From a virus (lineage: Duplodnaviria > Caudoviricetes): DNA of 64,000 nt. The DNA lies in IMG/VR virus record IMGVR_UViG_3300033066_001296, positions 1 to 64,000 of that record; one strand, written 5' to 3'. The notes beneath the pieces were generated by a model. The model saw nothing but the letters and a program-made list of their open reading frames with translations, had not been told where the DNA came from and did no database searches. Shown here in pieces: positions 55,801 through 64,000 of this stretch. The position numbers and the translations under genes are program-made. How positions within the stretch are numbered: the first letter of the stretch is position 1; the number at the start of each line of letters is the position of its first letter.

Positions 55801-57659
55801 TCCGTATGGAATGGATTGCCAACGCCTTGAAGAAGGGCAATCAGAATATCCTCGTGAAGTGCGAGGAGCACATTCCAAAGATCCCATCGGGATGCCGTGC
55901 GATTACGGGCGTGGACCTTGGTGTGAAAAAGAAGGCATCTTCGGACCCTACAGTGATCACTACGATTCTCGAAGCCCCAGCCGGGAAGGATCGCTACGAA
56001 TATCAGATTCTCAACATCAAGAAGGGTCGTTGGGATGCTGATGAGATCATGAAGAACATTGCGGAGCAGCAACGCTGGTTCGGATCTCAAGTATTCGTGG
56101 AGTCGAACGGCTGTTTTGTTCCGGGCACTCGGGTGCTTACACCCTCCGGGTATGTGCCTATCGAGAAGGTTGAACCTGGAACTCTGGTGTGGACTCATAT
56201 GGGACGTTGGAGAAAGGTCATCAATCGATACGACGGCACTGCGCGGCATGTGACTCCCGTAAAGGCAACCGGAAGTCTTTCAGTAACATGCACACCTAAC
56301 CACGCATTTTATGTGCGGCAGGCTGGTAGAACATCTGGGCGTGGCGGGGGCCATCACAGACCGCTGGACCCAAAGGGCTGGTGCTCTATTGGGTTCCCCG
56401 ACGTGCCCCTGTATCTGAATTTGGCTCTGCCAGTCTGGCCCGCCAAATCACCGGAGCTTCACTTGGAGCAGACCAAAAAGCTTCCGGCTCGTGCAATTCC
56501 TGTTAACGAAAAGTTGGCGCTTGTTCTCGGTCTTTTCATGGCAGAAGGGCACACAACGACGGGTCAAGTGTTTTGGACGTTGAACAAAAACGAGGGTTAT
56601 CTTGCAGACCTGATCGACGAGGTGTTGAGTCCTCTTGGCTTCAAATCCAGCCGCCGCATTTACAACAACACACTTCGTGTCGTAATTTCTCAGGTGCAAC
56701 TTGCAAAGACCCTCAAATGTGGAAAGGGTCCGAACAAATGCCTGCCATTGGATTGGATGGGGTGGCCTCTGGATCTGCGTATTGCTCTTGTCAGAGGTTG
56801 GCTACTCGGAGATGGCTGTGCAGGTAAGAACGGCAACAGAAAGAAGTTGCCGTCTATTAGTCTTTCTGGTGTGACGATCTCTAGGGATTGGGCTTTGTTT
56901 GTGAGGTCAACCCTTCATCAAGCTGGAATCACTGTTGCGCTTAGGGAGTCCACACGTAAACAATCTGTGATCGAAGGGCGCATAGTTAATAGAAATCCGT
57001 CGTTCCTCTTGAATCTTACACAAGATGGTTCTGAGCAACTTCGCAAGCACATGACGCATTCTGTCGAAGCTGAGCGTTGGGGAGCAAAGTGGTGGGATCA
57101 GTCTCTTCCAAATGCAAGGCAGCATGGATGTCCGACTGTAATCCAAGCTGATGGTGTTTGGGCTCGAATGAAAGATCATGATCTAGACCCAAAGAAGACG
57201 TACATTCCATACGAAAACGGGCCTGTTCATAATCTAGTTGTTGAGGAAGATGAGTCCTTCACTGTTGAGGATTTTGTTGTTCACAATGCCCAGGACTTTC
57301 TTGTTCAGCTCATCAACTTGTCGGGTTCCAACTTCCGCGTTACACCCTTCAACACAGGCCGTAACAAGTACGATCCAATGTACGGTATCGAGTCTCTTGC
57401 GGGGGAAATGGCGGTTGGTTACAACGAGGGCTCTGAGAATGAGTTCGGCCTCTGGTATTTCCCTTCGATCGATGGGACGCTCGAGAGCGCAGACGATGAG
57501 ATCCAGGAGCTCGTTCAAGAGATGCTCGCGTACACGCCGGGGGATCACACGGGCGACCTTCTCATGTCGCTCTGGATTGCCCGTGAAGGCGCAAGAAACT
57601 CGCGGATTCAAGTGAAAGAATCCAAGTTTCAGTGGGGTCGCCTTCGTCTTCGCCACTGA
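52863..57659 (+). CDS. terL: terminase large subunit with three inteins (about 519 aa after splicing)
   Basis: Walker A PEFGK|TT, Walker B LILDDVD, nuclease GVDLG, ESNG|AQ and HTGDLLMS motifs. Confidence 0.92.
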   Translation: MAKLNPDLIKFIAKEDPEHAVQLERDYKRAMIILARNDPAMFCQYVLRNGKTGGAIYLTPEHVALHKLIQPCSRTAVWTYPEFGKGLDLNTDIPTPSGWVKMSDIQVGSSVFGSDGIEARVIWVSPIQNIRVFDVEFDDGVVIRCDESHLWSAYSCKDRHKNPQPLKLVSTLEMSNSVKHGDRNQWGIPIAPPVQYPSKQLPVHPYLLGAWLGDGDSKGLTLTCHQEDIAIVDRCCQLSGELVKKVPDKRKPHVLRCKIGGSELQKKFRQLGVLGKAGCKFIPAEYLTASEDQRRELLAGLLDTDGTVYTRSNDVSFVEVSFCVERLALDTLELVRSLGFKARLRSEPSKLYGRVVGARHRIFFTAREPVFKLERKLNKQKLQAAHGSKANARYVVSVTEVPSVPTKCIKVDSPDHTFLAGRSYTVTHNCEESGNSVLLRDGTWRKIEDLADGNFHELLTWDLHQPALKPVTGRVTANGKRPVVRFHLANGHKIGVTQEHPLCAADDVQWRQAQNLKVGDRIVCLRHLELESTTPESDVPSEEAEILGYLLAGEVRGRRVFVRKLWKSEHWSSRRARMFKKAMWELVDHDRDWLEVVLSKSADSTDMHPYVFINQLATIQDKYPVDLSPEIWRLHKTGLQRLLTAFFVTAFCDPRRKIWTRGRTVGVSDKRYPKGFVHKCYETGDMIRRLALRLGVSIIVKQDYYFTKEWLISVPNPQVKIFYPSKVEYPDQIPLMEAVEIVKIEHAEAETWAVEILDSEHSYISGGVLSHNTTQMIGHVLWRLGKDPNISIGIFQNSKGSAINTLKTIKEYIEDSVELHDVFPNLVPGTTWSEHQITVPRSTFRRDPSVKAVSLGSKFMGDRFDGLILDDVDNPDTVLTEESRKKTEDWVRRSALSRLTEEAWAIAIGNIWHEGDLMHQLVKSGWNAVKHPVLRPDGTPLDPDRFTLERIYHIRDVDQKPIEFERLYMLKERRDGDQRFRMEWIANALKKGNQNILVKCEEHIPKIPSGCRAITGVDLGVKKKASSDPTVITTILEAPAGKDRYEYQILNIKKGRWDADEIMKNIAEQQRWFGSQVFVESNGCFVPGTRVLTPSGYVPIEKVEPGTLVWTHMGRWRKVINRYDGTARHVTPVKATGSLSVTCTPNHAFYVRQAGRTSGRGGGHHRPLDPKGWCSIGFPDVPLYLNLALPVWPAKSPELHLEQTKKLPARAIPVNEKLALVLGLFMAEGHTTTGQVFWTLNKNEGYLADLIDEVLSPLGFKSSRRIYNNTLRVVISQVQLAKTLKCGKGPNKCLPLDWMGWPLDLRIALVRGWLLGDGCAGKNGNRKKLPSISLSGVTISRDWALFVRSTLHQAGITVALRESTRKQSVIEGRIVNRNPSFLLNLTQDGSEQLRKHMTHSVEAERWGAKWWDQSLPNARQHGCPTVIQADGVWARMKDHDLDPKKTYIPYENGPVHNLVVEEDESFTVEDFVVHNAQDFLVQLINLSGSNFRVTPFNTGRNKYDPMYGIESLAGEMAVGYNEGSENEFGLWYFPSIDGTLESADDEIQELVQEMLAYTPGDHTGDLLMSLWIAREGARNSRIQVKESKFQWGRLRLRH
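53118..54149 (+). mobile_element. TerL intein 1, class 3, with LAGLIDADG endonuclease
   Basis: Starts GLDLNTDIPTPSGW; block B SHLW, block F TKCIKV, block G VTHN (Trp-Cys-Thr triplet); LGAWLGDG and LAGLLDTDG. Confidence 0.88.
54150..55178 (+). mobile_element. TerL intein 2, class 1, degenerate endonuclease
   Basis: Starts CEESGNSVLLRDG; block B VTQEHPL; ends YISGGVLSHN before Thr; LAGLIDADG motifs eroded. Confidence 0.85.
56112..57287 (+). mobile_element. TerL intein 3 with LAGLIDADG endonuclease and Ala at +1
   Basis: Starts CFVPGTRVLT; block B CTPNHAF; LGLFMAEG and VRGWLLGDG; ends FVVHN followed by AQDF. Confidence 0.85.
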
Positions 57660-57722
57660 CGTAACCCCTTCTCAGCCCTTCCCGTACTTGCTAGTCTAGG
57701 CTTTCAACCATTCGGAGGATTC

Positions 57723-60035
57723 ATGTCTCGTTCCAAGGCTTCGGCCTCAAGGTCTTCTATTTTTCAGATTCAGGATGCAGATCGTTTCCTTCTCGACGAC
57801 GCTTTCATCGAGAAATACAAGGGACAAGAGCCTAAATGGGGTCCAGTTGGTAAGATTGCATACGTAAGAACCTATGCAAGAGAGCTTCGCAACGAGGAGC
57901 TTGTCCAATTCTTCATGCGCGACATGAAGATGAGCCGAAAAGATGCCAGAGCAGCAGCTCGCAAGGCGGGTGTGCGCCGTGAAGAGTTCTGGCAGACGGC
58001 TCGCCGTGTCGTCGAGTTTGCTTGGACTGTGTTTCAGCGACAGGCTCGCATGGCGCATCACTCCTGGGATGCTGCGGAGGCTCAAGTAAAGGCGCAGGAG
58101 ATGTTTGAGCGTCTTTGGGCCTTCAAATGGCTCCCACCCGGCAGAGGTATGCAGTTCGCAGGAACCCCTGTGGTGGAACTCAAAGGGGGTGCAGTGCTGA
58201 ACAATTGCGGATTCGTGAGCACAAGACACCTATCCGCAGACCTTGCATCTCCTTTCTGCCGTTTCATGGACTTCTTGATGCTTGGTGTGGGCATGGGTGC
58301 CGATGTTCGAGGTGCTGGGTCTGTCACAATCAAAGCCCCCATCCAAGGCAATGACCCTCCTTATCGCGTCGAAGACAGTCGCGAGGGCTGGGTAAACGCA
58401 CTTCGGGTGAAGCTCGACACCTACTTTCACGGACTCATGGAAGTAGAGTTTGATTTCTCAAACATTCGAGCAGAGGGCAAGCCTCTGAAGACTCTGGGGG
58501 GCACTTCGAGCGGTTCCGCACCTCTCGAAAGGCTCTTGAATCGTGTGGATGAGATCCTCAAGCCACTAATCGACCGTACGATTACTGTGTCTGCGATTGC
58601 AGACATCTTCAACGAGATTGGCGTGTGCGTTGTCTCTGGTAACATTCGCAGATCTGCCGAGATCATGATCGGAGAGAACGGAGATGACGCATTTGCAGCA
58701 TTGAAAGACCCATCTGATCTCAATAATGCGTTCGCAGAGCGCAGTCTTATTGAGGATCAGATCCCCGAGGTTTCCAGACTGCATCAAAAGATCGCAAGAC
58801 TGCGTGAGAAGCAAGCAGACCTGTCTGCTGCCAACGCCAAGTTCCTCTATCTCCAAGACAAAATCGATCGGGCCAACGCAAGGCTCCACAAGATTGCCAG
58901 CTCGAACGAAGCCTGGTTGGCTGTAACGGACAAGATCAACAAGCACCCCCTCAATACACACCGCTGGGCATCGAATAACACCCAACTCTTCTCGACCAAG
59001 GACAGCTTTGAAGAGGTCGCAGCAAGAATCATATCCAATGGAGAGCCCGGTATTGCCTTCATGGACAGCATTCGCGCATACGGGAGAATGGGCGACTTTG
59101 TTCACTATCCTCGAAGTGCAGATCTGAAAGACCCTCGTGTTGAGGGCTTCAACCCTTGCTCTGAGCAGTCTCTCGAAGATGGTGAGCTGTGTTGCCTCGG
59201 GGAGCTCAACCCCAACGCGCACGAAACCCTCGAAGACTTCCTCATGACCATCAAGTTTGCGTATATGTATTGCAAGGCGGTCACGCTGGTGCCTACCCAT
59301 GACCCTGAAACCAATCAGATCATGACGAGAAACCGCCGTATCGGGCTCTCCATGATGGGCATCTGGAAGATGTACGAACGACTTGGAATGCAGGAGTGCA
59401 TTCGTTGGTGGGATCGCGGCTACGAAGAGGTGCGCAAGTGGGACAGGACCTACTCTTCGTGGCTTGGTGTGAACGAATCCATCAAAGTTACCTCCGTGAA
59501 ACCCGGAGGCACAATCCCTCTTCTCGTTGGGGAAGAGGGCGGCATGAAGATTCCTACTGCCAAGTACTACTTCCGCACCATTCGCATGGATCACAAGTCG
59601 CCGCTCGTAAAGGCTTGCAAGGATGCGGGTTATCGTGTGGAGAAGGACCGTGTTTCACCAAGAACGGCGGTTGTGTACTTCCCAATCCACGATGAGTCCA
59701 CAAAGCGCACCTCGGAGCAGGTTACGCTTTGGGAGCAGATGGGGTTGCTTGCAGCTCTGCAAGCCCATTGGTCCGACAACATGGTGTCCAACACCATCAC
59801 GTTCCGTCCTCACGAGGCAGATCAGATCGCGTCTGCGGTGGGAATGTTCGCAAACCGAATCAAATCGGTGAGCTTTCTACCCCTGATGACGCACGGATAC
59901 GCGCAAGCCCCCTACATCCCAATCGAAGAGTGGGAGTACGAGCTTGCAGTTGGAAAGTTGGGGAATCTAGATCTGTCAGGCGGGGGTCACGAAGTAGACG
60001 AGAAGTACTGCACCGGAGATGTCTGTATGCGCTGA
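57723..60035 (+). CDS. nrdJ: class II (adenosylcobalamin-dependent) ribonucleotide reductase, monomeric RTPR type
   Basis: PPGRG, NNCGF, SGNIRRSA, FNPCSEQSL...CCLGE, SVKPGGT, C-terminal EKYCTGDVC; SD GGAGG. Confidence 0.92.
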   Translation: MSRSKASASRSSIFQIQDADRFLLDDAFIEKYKGQEPKWGPVGKIAYVRTYARELRNEELVQFFMRDMKMSRKDARAAARKAGVRREEFWQTARRVVEFAWTVFQRQARMAHHSWDAAEAQVKAQEMFERLWAFKWLPPGRGMQFAGTPVVELKGGAVLNNCGFVSTRHLSADLASPFCRFMDFLMLGVGMGADVRGAGSVTIKAPIQGNDPPYRVEDSREGWVNALRVKLDTYFHGLMEVEFDFSNIRAEGKPLKTLGGTSSGSAPLERLLNRVDEILKPLIDRTITVSAIADIFNEIGVCVVSGNIRRSAEIMIGENGDDAFAALKDPSDLNNAFAERSLIEDQIPEVSRLHQKIARLREKQADLSAANAKFLYLQDKIDRANARLHKIASSNEAWLAVTDKINKHPLNTHRWASNNTQLFSTKDSFEEVAARIISNGEPGIAFMDSIRAYGRMGDFVHYPRSADLKDPRVEGFNPCSEQSLEDGELCCLGELNPNAHETLEDFLMTIKFAYMYCKAVTLVPTHDPETNQIMTRNRRIGLSMMGIWKMYERLGMQECIRWWDRGYEEVRKWDRTYSSWLGVNESIKVTSVKPGGTIPLLVGEEGGMKIPTAKYYFRTIRMDHKSPLVKACKDAGYRVEKDRVSPRTAVVYFPIHDESTKRTSEQVTLWEQMGLLAALQAHWSDNMVSNTITFRPHEADQIASAVGMFANRIKSVSFLPLMTHGYAQAPYIPIEEWEYELAVGKLGNLDLSGGGHEVDEKYCTGDVCMR

Positions 60036-60314
60036 TCAAGCACCGTCGAGTGTGGCGTCCTGGGCGTTCTGGGACGTCACACTCACGAGGAGCTGCATCT
60101 TGGCGTACTCCAAGTTGCCGATCATTCGCATCTGATCCGACACTTCCTTCACAATGTGCGATCCCTGATTCTTCGACTCTGTAACAACGAGAGCTCCGTA
60201 GATCTCCCCCTTCTTGGCAAGATCCAGCAAGTGCTGAAGCACGCCCACAAGAATGAGGTTCGGAGGATCACGATCAATTACGGTCAGATTGGATTTCTTG
60301 TTCTTCCTGGCCAT
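60036..60314 (-). CDS. hypothetical protein
   Basis: LLDLAKKGEIYGALVV...IGNLEYAK pattern; follows KTSC. Confidence 0.6.
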   Translation of the reverse strand: MARKNKKSNLTVIDRDPPNLILVGVLQHLLDLAKKGEIYGALVVTESKNQGSHIVKEVSDQMRMIGNLEYAKMQLLVSVTSQNAQDATLDGA

Positions 60315-60315
60315 A

Positions 60316-60525
60316 TCACACCTTTTCGTAGGGGAACTTGTTACGGACGTTCTTCCAGAAGAACTTACCCTTGGAGGGAGCTTGAAGCAAGAAACGAGCG
60401 GTGTTCGGGTGGACACCCTCGTATTGGTAGATAGAGCCTGTCCAAAACTCCACCTCAAGGGTCTGCTGGCTCTTGTCGTAGCCGACAGATTTGAGGTTTG
60501 AGCTTCGGACAGGTTTTCTATTCAT
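60316..60525 (-). CDS. KTSC domain protein
   Basis: VRSSNLKSVGYD...LEVEFWTGSIYQYEGV...APSKGKFFWKNVRNKF. Confidence 0.92.
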   Translation of the reverse strand: MNRKPVRSSNLKSVGYDKSQQTLEVEFWTGSIYQYEGVHPNTARFLLQAPSKGKFFWKNVRNKFPYEKV

Positions 60526-60530
60526 GGGGA

Positions 60531-61340
60531 TCAGGTGGCAATCAGACCGAGAGTCCGAAGACGGGCCAGCAAAGCGTTGAGCGCTGTCCGAGCTTCCGCA
60601 TCCGTTGTGGCCCCACCTGATGCGTCAGCCACAGCGGTAGGCTGAGCAGCTTCCGCAGCGCCGAAGAACCCGATGCCCGTTGCACCCACCACGATTCGGG
60701 TTGCGTTGTCCGCGGGGTTACGAAGCTGGAGAGCTCCGGTTCCCTTGGCTCGGATGCGAAGGCTGACGTTGGTCTCTCCGTACGCTGCAAGCAGGGCAGG
60801 GACGGTCGTAGCGCCGGGGACAACCTCCACACCGTTTACACCCGCCGCCGCCTCTGCGCGGGCTCTGAAGCCCGCTGTGTGGGCCGTTCCGGCATACGCA
60901 GGTCGGAACTCCAGGAAGCCTGACTCCGAAGCCGCCGTAACCACTGCGAGCCCGCCTGCGATAGAACCTGCAAGAACCTCTGTACCCGAACCATTCTCCG
61001 TCTTCAGAACGGCACGAACACCGATACCTGCCGTGGCAGTTCCCGATGTGGTGTGCGAAAGTGTAATTGCAGTTGTGAGGTTGTCCGCAACCGCATCGTT
61101 CACCGTATAGGTGGGTGCCGAAGCGGAAACCGGACCAAACGTTGCATCATCATTCGATCCGGCATACGAAGCGCCAAGATCCTGAAGCTCCAATGCACCA
61201 TCATCCAGCGATGGGCACAGCGCCACAAGGGAAGCAAGCGACGCCGAAAGAACGATCCGCTGCCCGCCACGAAGAATACCCTGAAGAGGGTAGGGAAGAG
61301 CGCAGATCTCAACTGATGGATTTCTAACTAGAACTGCCAT
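60531..61340 (-). CDS. head fibre / decoration-like virion protein
   Basis: C-terminal QPTAVADAS...ALNALLARLRTLGLIA typical of head fibres; SD AGGAG. Confidence 0.6.
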   Translation of the reverse strand: MAVLVRNPSVEICALPYPLQGILRGGQRIVLSASLASLVALCPSLDDGALELQDLGASYAGSNDDATFGPVSASAPTYTVNDAVADNLTTAITLSHTTSGTATAGIGVRAVLKTENGSGTEVLAGSIAGGLAVVTAASESGFLEFRPAYAGTAHTAGFRARAEAAAGVNGVEVVPGATTVPALLAAYGETNVSLRIRAKGTGALQLRNPADNATRIVVGATGIGFFGAAEAAQPTAVADASGGATTDAEARTALNALLARLRTLGLIAT

Positions 61341-61430
61341 TGAGTCTCCTGTTTTGTCAGAAGCCTACGAAAAACCACTTCAAGAGTCGAGCGAAACTTT
61401 GTAGTTTCGTATTCCGTAAAAGGGGGGTGT

Positions 61431-61760
61431 ATGACGTTTTCAGAGTACACATGGGAATATGGCAAGTTTGGTGCGGACTCCATACGCACCACCACGATGT
61501 TCGGACGGAAGGTAGACATCTGTCAGAAGAGCCGAGGAGCTCCGGGTGAAACTCAGCACGGTATGGGTGTAGACAAACCCAGCACCTACTACCGCATCAA
61601 CAACGGAGACTGGATCTGGTCCAATTACAGATCCATGGTGGAAACTGTGAATGTACTTTCTGGGATTCTGGAAGATCTTTCTATTCAGGATCGTAACTTG
61701 GAGATTTGTCGCCAGCTTGATCTGGAAAGAAACAAGTTTGAGTTCAAGGAACGGAGATGA
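61431..61760 (+). CDS. hypothetical protein
   Basis: 109 aa, divergent from the fibre gene. Confidence 0.5.
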   Translation: MTFSEYTWEYGKFGADSIRTTTMFGRKVDICQKSRGAPGETQHGMGVDKPSTYYRINNGDWIWSNYRSMVETVNVLSGILEDLSIQDRNLEICRQLDLERNKFEFKERR

Positions 61761-61951
61761 GCCTTCATCTCGATCTTGATCCAAAACTCCAAGAGCACTT
61801 CTCCCGATACGGAGACAAGCTGATCCTCTGGTCTCGCCTCGAAGCTCTCAAAGAGTGGGAACCCTTCCTCAAGGAAGGTTACTACGAAAAACTACTCCGA
61901 GCTGCCTACCGCACTCCAGTCCATGAGGACTACCCTCCCAAAACCCTATGA
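61757..61951 (+). CDS. small hypothetical protein
   Basis: ATGA coupling. Confidence 0.45.
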   Translation: MSLHLDLDPKLQEHFSRYGDKLILWSRLEALKEWEPFLKEGYYEKLLRAAYRTPVHEDYPPKTL

Positions 61952-62215
61952 AACAAGAGGTTACGCAAGAATCGTAAGCCGGTTTCATTTTCTTTCCGAA
62001 ATAGCGTAACCTTTTTCCGCCAGACCTCGTACCGAGTGTTATCGGTTTCGAGAACCAGAAAACCAAGTCAAGAATACCTCACCATTCCTGACCATTCACA
62101 ACCACAGATTCCAGAAAAATCAAACTCATTCGAGAGGGGGTACCCCACCCCCACCTGGAATCTGGAAAAGACCCCTCCCCCCACTAGCTAGGACAATCCG
62201 AAAAACCGGGAGAAA

Positions 62216-62242
62216 GCCCTGTCCTACACTGTAGGACAGGGC
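62216..62242. repeat. 27-bp inverted repeat
   Basis: GCCCTGTCCTACA-C-TGTAGGACAGGGC. Confidence 0.9.
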
Positions 62243-62485
62243 GGGGAGAAAACCCGGAGAGTCGGAAGGCGCCTAGACGGTTCTAGAGGGTAGAAAACAG
62301 GGGATAGGACACCCCCCAAAAACAGCCCCGTAAAGGCCCCTAGCAGCCCCTACAGTGGCAGGAAAGGGAGGGGGTAGGTAGGGGGGTAGCCACCCCGTTG
62401 AAACCCCCCTTCTAGAACGTCCAATAGCACTAGTCAAGAATCCCTGTAGAATCGTAAAAGAACTCGGTTGAGTTTCCTCCCGAAT

Positions 62486-62529
62486 ACGACACCGGGAGGG
62501 GGTTGAGACGACACCGGGAGGGGGTTGAG
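62486..62529 (+). repeat. 22-bp perfect tandem repeat, two copies
   Basis: ACGACACCGGGAGGGGGTTGAG twice. Confidence 0.95.
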
Positions 62530-64000
62530 GGTTGACTCGGTTACAGATAGTCCAGACTTCTGTGCTATGAACATTCGACCCCGTAACGGGGTCGAATGGG
62601 TGCAATCGATGGAATGGAGAAAGCGATGTTGCGGTGCAACAATCGACATTGCAGAAGTGAAAGGAATCGGAAAACGCTTGAAAACAAGTGCTACGGTGCG
62701 CCACACCGATGCAAAACGTTACGAAAACAGGCATTTCAGATTTGAAAGGTTGCCTTTCAGTTTTGAAAGGGAGGAGTGCTCGGAAACGGGCAAAAAACGA
62801 AGTGAAAACAAGCACTTACAACGAATTGCCTGTTTCTCCGCTGAAAACGCTCAAACCCCTTCTAGCAAAGCGTTTCGTGCGGTTGGCACCGTCCCTGCAC
62901 TATGCCCTTTCGCCCCGTCGCTCCCCACGCCGCGACGGGTGCCGCGCTGTGTGGCGCGGTGGACGGCGAGGGTATCCCGCACGGGAGGCAGGGCGCTCAG
63001 GGCGTCCGCGGCGCAAGGCCGCTGAGCGTGCGGGAGGGGGTTAGGCCCCCCGTAGACGCTAGCTGTGCGTGCCAACAAGCGCGCAGCAAACTGGAAACTG
63101 CGAAGTCTGGAAGACTCTCCAACGGCACAACGTGCGCCGAGCCTCTGCTTGCAAGCTCATAATGCACAACGAATGCCAACGAGCCTCTAGCGGGATTCAA
63201 CCCGGTACGCTCGGAGACGATTCAGACATGCGGCCAACGCGCAAACCCCCACGCAAACGGTGTGGTCAGGGACGCGAAGGGACGGTAGCAAGCCTACCGC
63301 ACAATCCGGCGCAATGCCGGTCCCGAAACACCGCAACGCACGGGCGAATCGGCCATTCTATCCCAACGCTCCCAACGTTGGGTCATGAACCCCGATTCCC
63401 TCGAAGACCGACGGGACAACGGAAAGCGACTCGGAACGAGCGAGTTTGCAGGGTATCGAAGGGAACCGGGGCATTGAAGGTGCGGCTCTATGAAGGCCGA
63501 TAAGCGCCAAGGTCGCCAAGGGCGACGGTATGCAACCCCACAATGGGCGATCCCCCTTCGCTGCAAACAAGCAAGCTTCGAGGGTTCTTGAAACAGCGTG
63601 TAGGGCGCTACATCCAACCGGAGAAAGACTCCCGTGCGGAACCTTACTGCGATCGTACGGCGCGCATGAATCGACCCGTGGCATAGCGGTAAAGCCATGA
63701 ACCCGCGGTGTGTGTGGAGTGACCCGAGTGAAGGTTGCCACACACGAGAACGAAGCTAATCGGAAGTGCGTTCCTGTGCGGTGTGGTCTGCCATATCGTA
63801 ACGGGCAACGTGAAGCCTCGTACCTAGCGCGACACATGGAGGTCTGTGCGTCCAGTGGGCTAATACTAGCCTAACCGGAATGTCTGTTCTGAAGTGTGTT
63901 GTAGCTTGGCGAGTGTCGAATGTTGTCGCTGTGAATGGTGGTACAGCCTACACCGCACAGGGCGCACGTCCGTTTCGACGATACACAAGTCCGAATAACG

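Noticed and set aside
54513-56249. 578-aa antisense ORF, and similar long shadow ORFs at 8796-10082, 32291-33727, 36575-37768 and 2539-3603
   Set aside because: They lie opposite well-supported genes, have no motifs, and are explained by codon bias that suppresses antisense stops
58700-58965. Intein or intron in nrdJ
   Set aside because: No Cys/Ser start, His-Asn end or Hint blocks, and the frame is continuous
62486-62529. CRISPR mini-array
   Set aside because: The two 22-bp copies are directly adjacent with no spacer, and no cas genes are present
62273-63837. Protein-coding genes among the overlapping ORFs at the right end
   Set aside because: Arg/Pro/Cys-rich low-information translations with no SD, coupling or recognisable motifs
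1-64000. Integrase, att site, reverse transcriptase/DGR, or alternative genetic code
   Set aside because: No recombinase or RT motifs seen; ORFs tile cleanly under code 11 using all three stop codons

Overview
The window is one continuous segment of a contractile-tailed (myovirus-like) dsDNA phage or prophage, read with genetic code 11. No integrase, att site or host housekeeping gene is visible. Layout: (i) 1-13.1 kb, + strand: a structured RNA region and tRNA-Pro, HNH and EndoVII nucleases, SbcD/SbcC-like recombination nuclease, a promoter-driven ~450-nt structured non-coding element, and SLOG, ParB-like, MazG, DUF1599 and HTH regulator genes. (ii) 13.1-51.7 kb, mostly - strand: lysis cassette, tail fibres, baseplate, tape measure, tail chaperones with a -1 slippery site, tube, sheath, neck, major capsid and scaffold, then an array of nine head-region genes sharing a basic N-terminal motif, a Dam-family methylase and the portal; a short + strand RuvC cluster interrupts this block. 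(iii) 51.8-60 kb, + strand: a LexA-DNA-binding-domain-only repressor, probable TerS, TerL with three inteins, and a class II ribonucleotide reductase. (iv) 60-64 kb: KTSC, a head-fibre-like gene and ~2 kb of ORF-poor repeat-rich DNA. The most notable observations are the motif-tagged glycine-zipper 'cargo' array (40.7-45.7 kb), two inteins fused back-to-back with no extein between them in the TerL Walker A motif, a third intein followed by Ala instead of Cys/Ser/Thr, and the candidate large ncRNA at 6.67-7.11 kb. All calls come from motif recognition by eye; no database searches were run.
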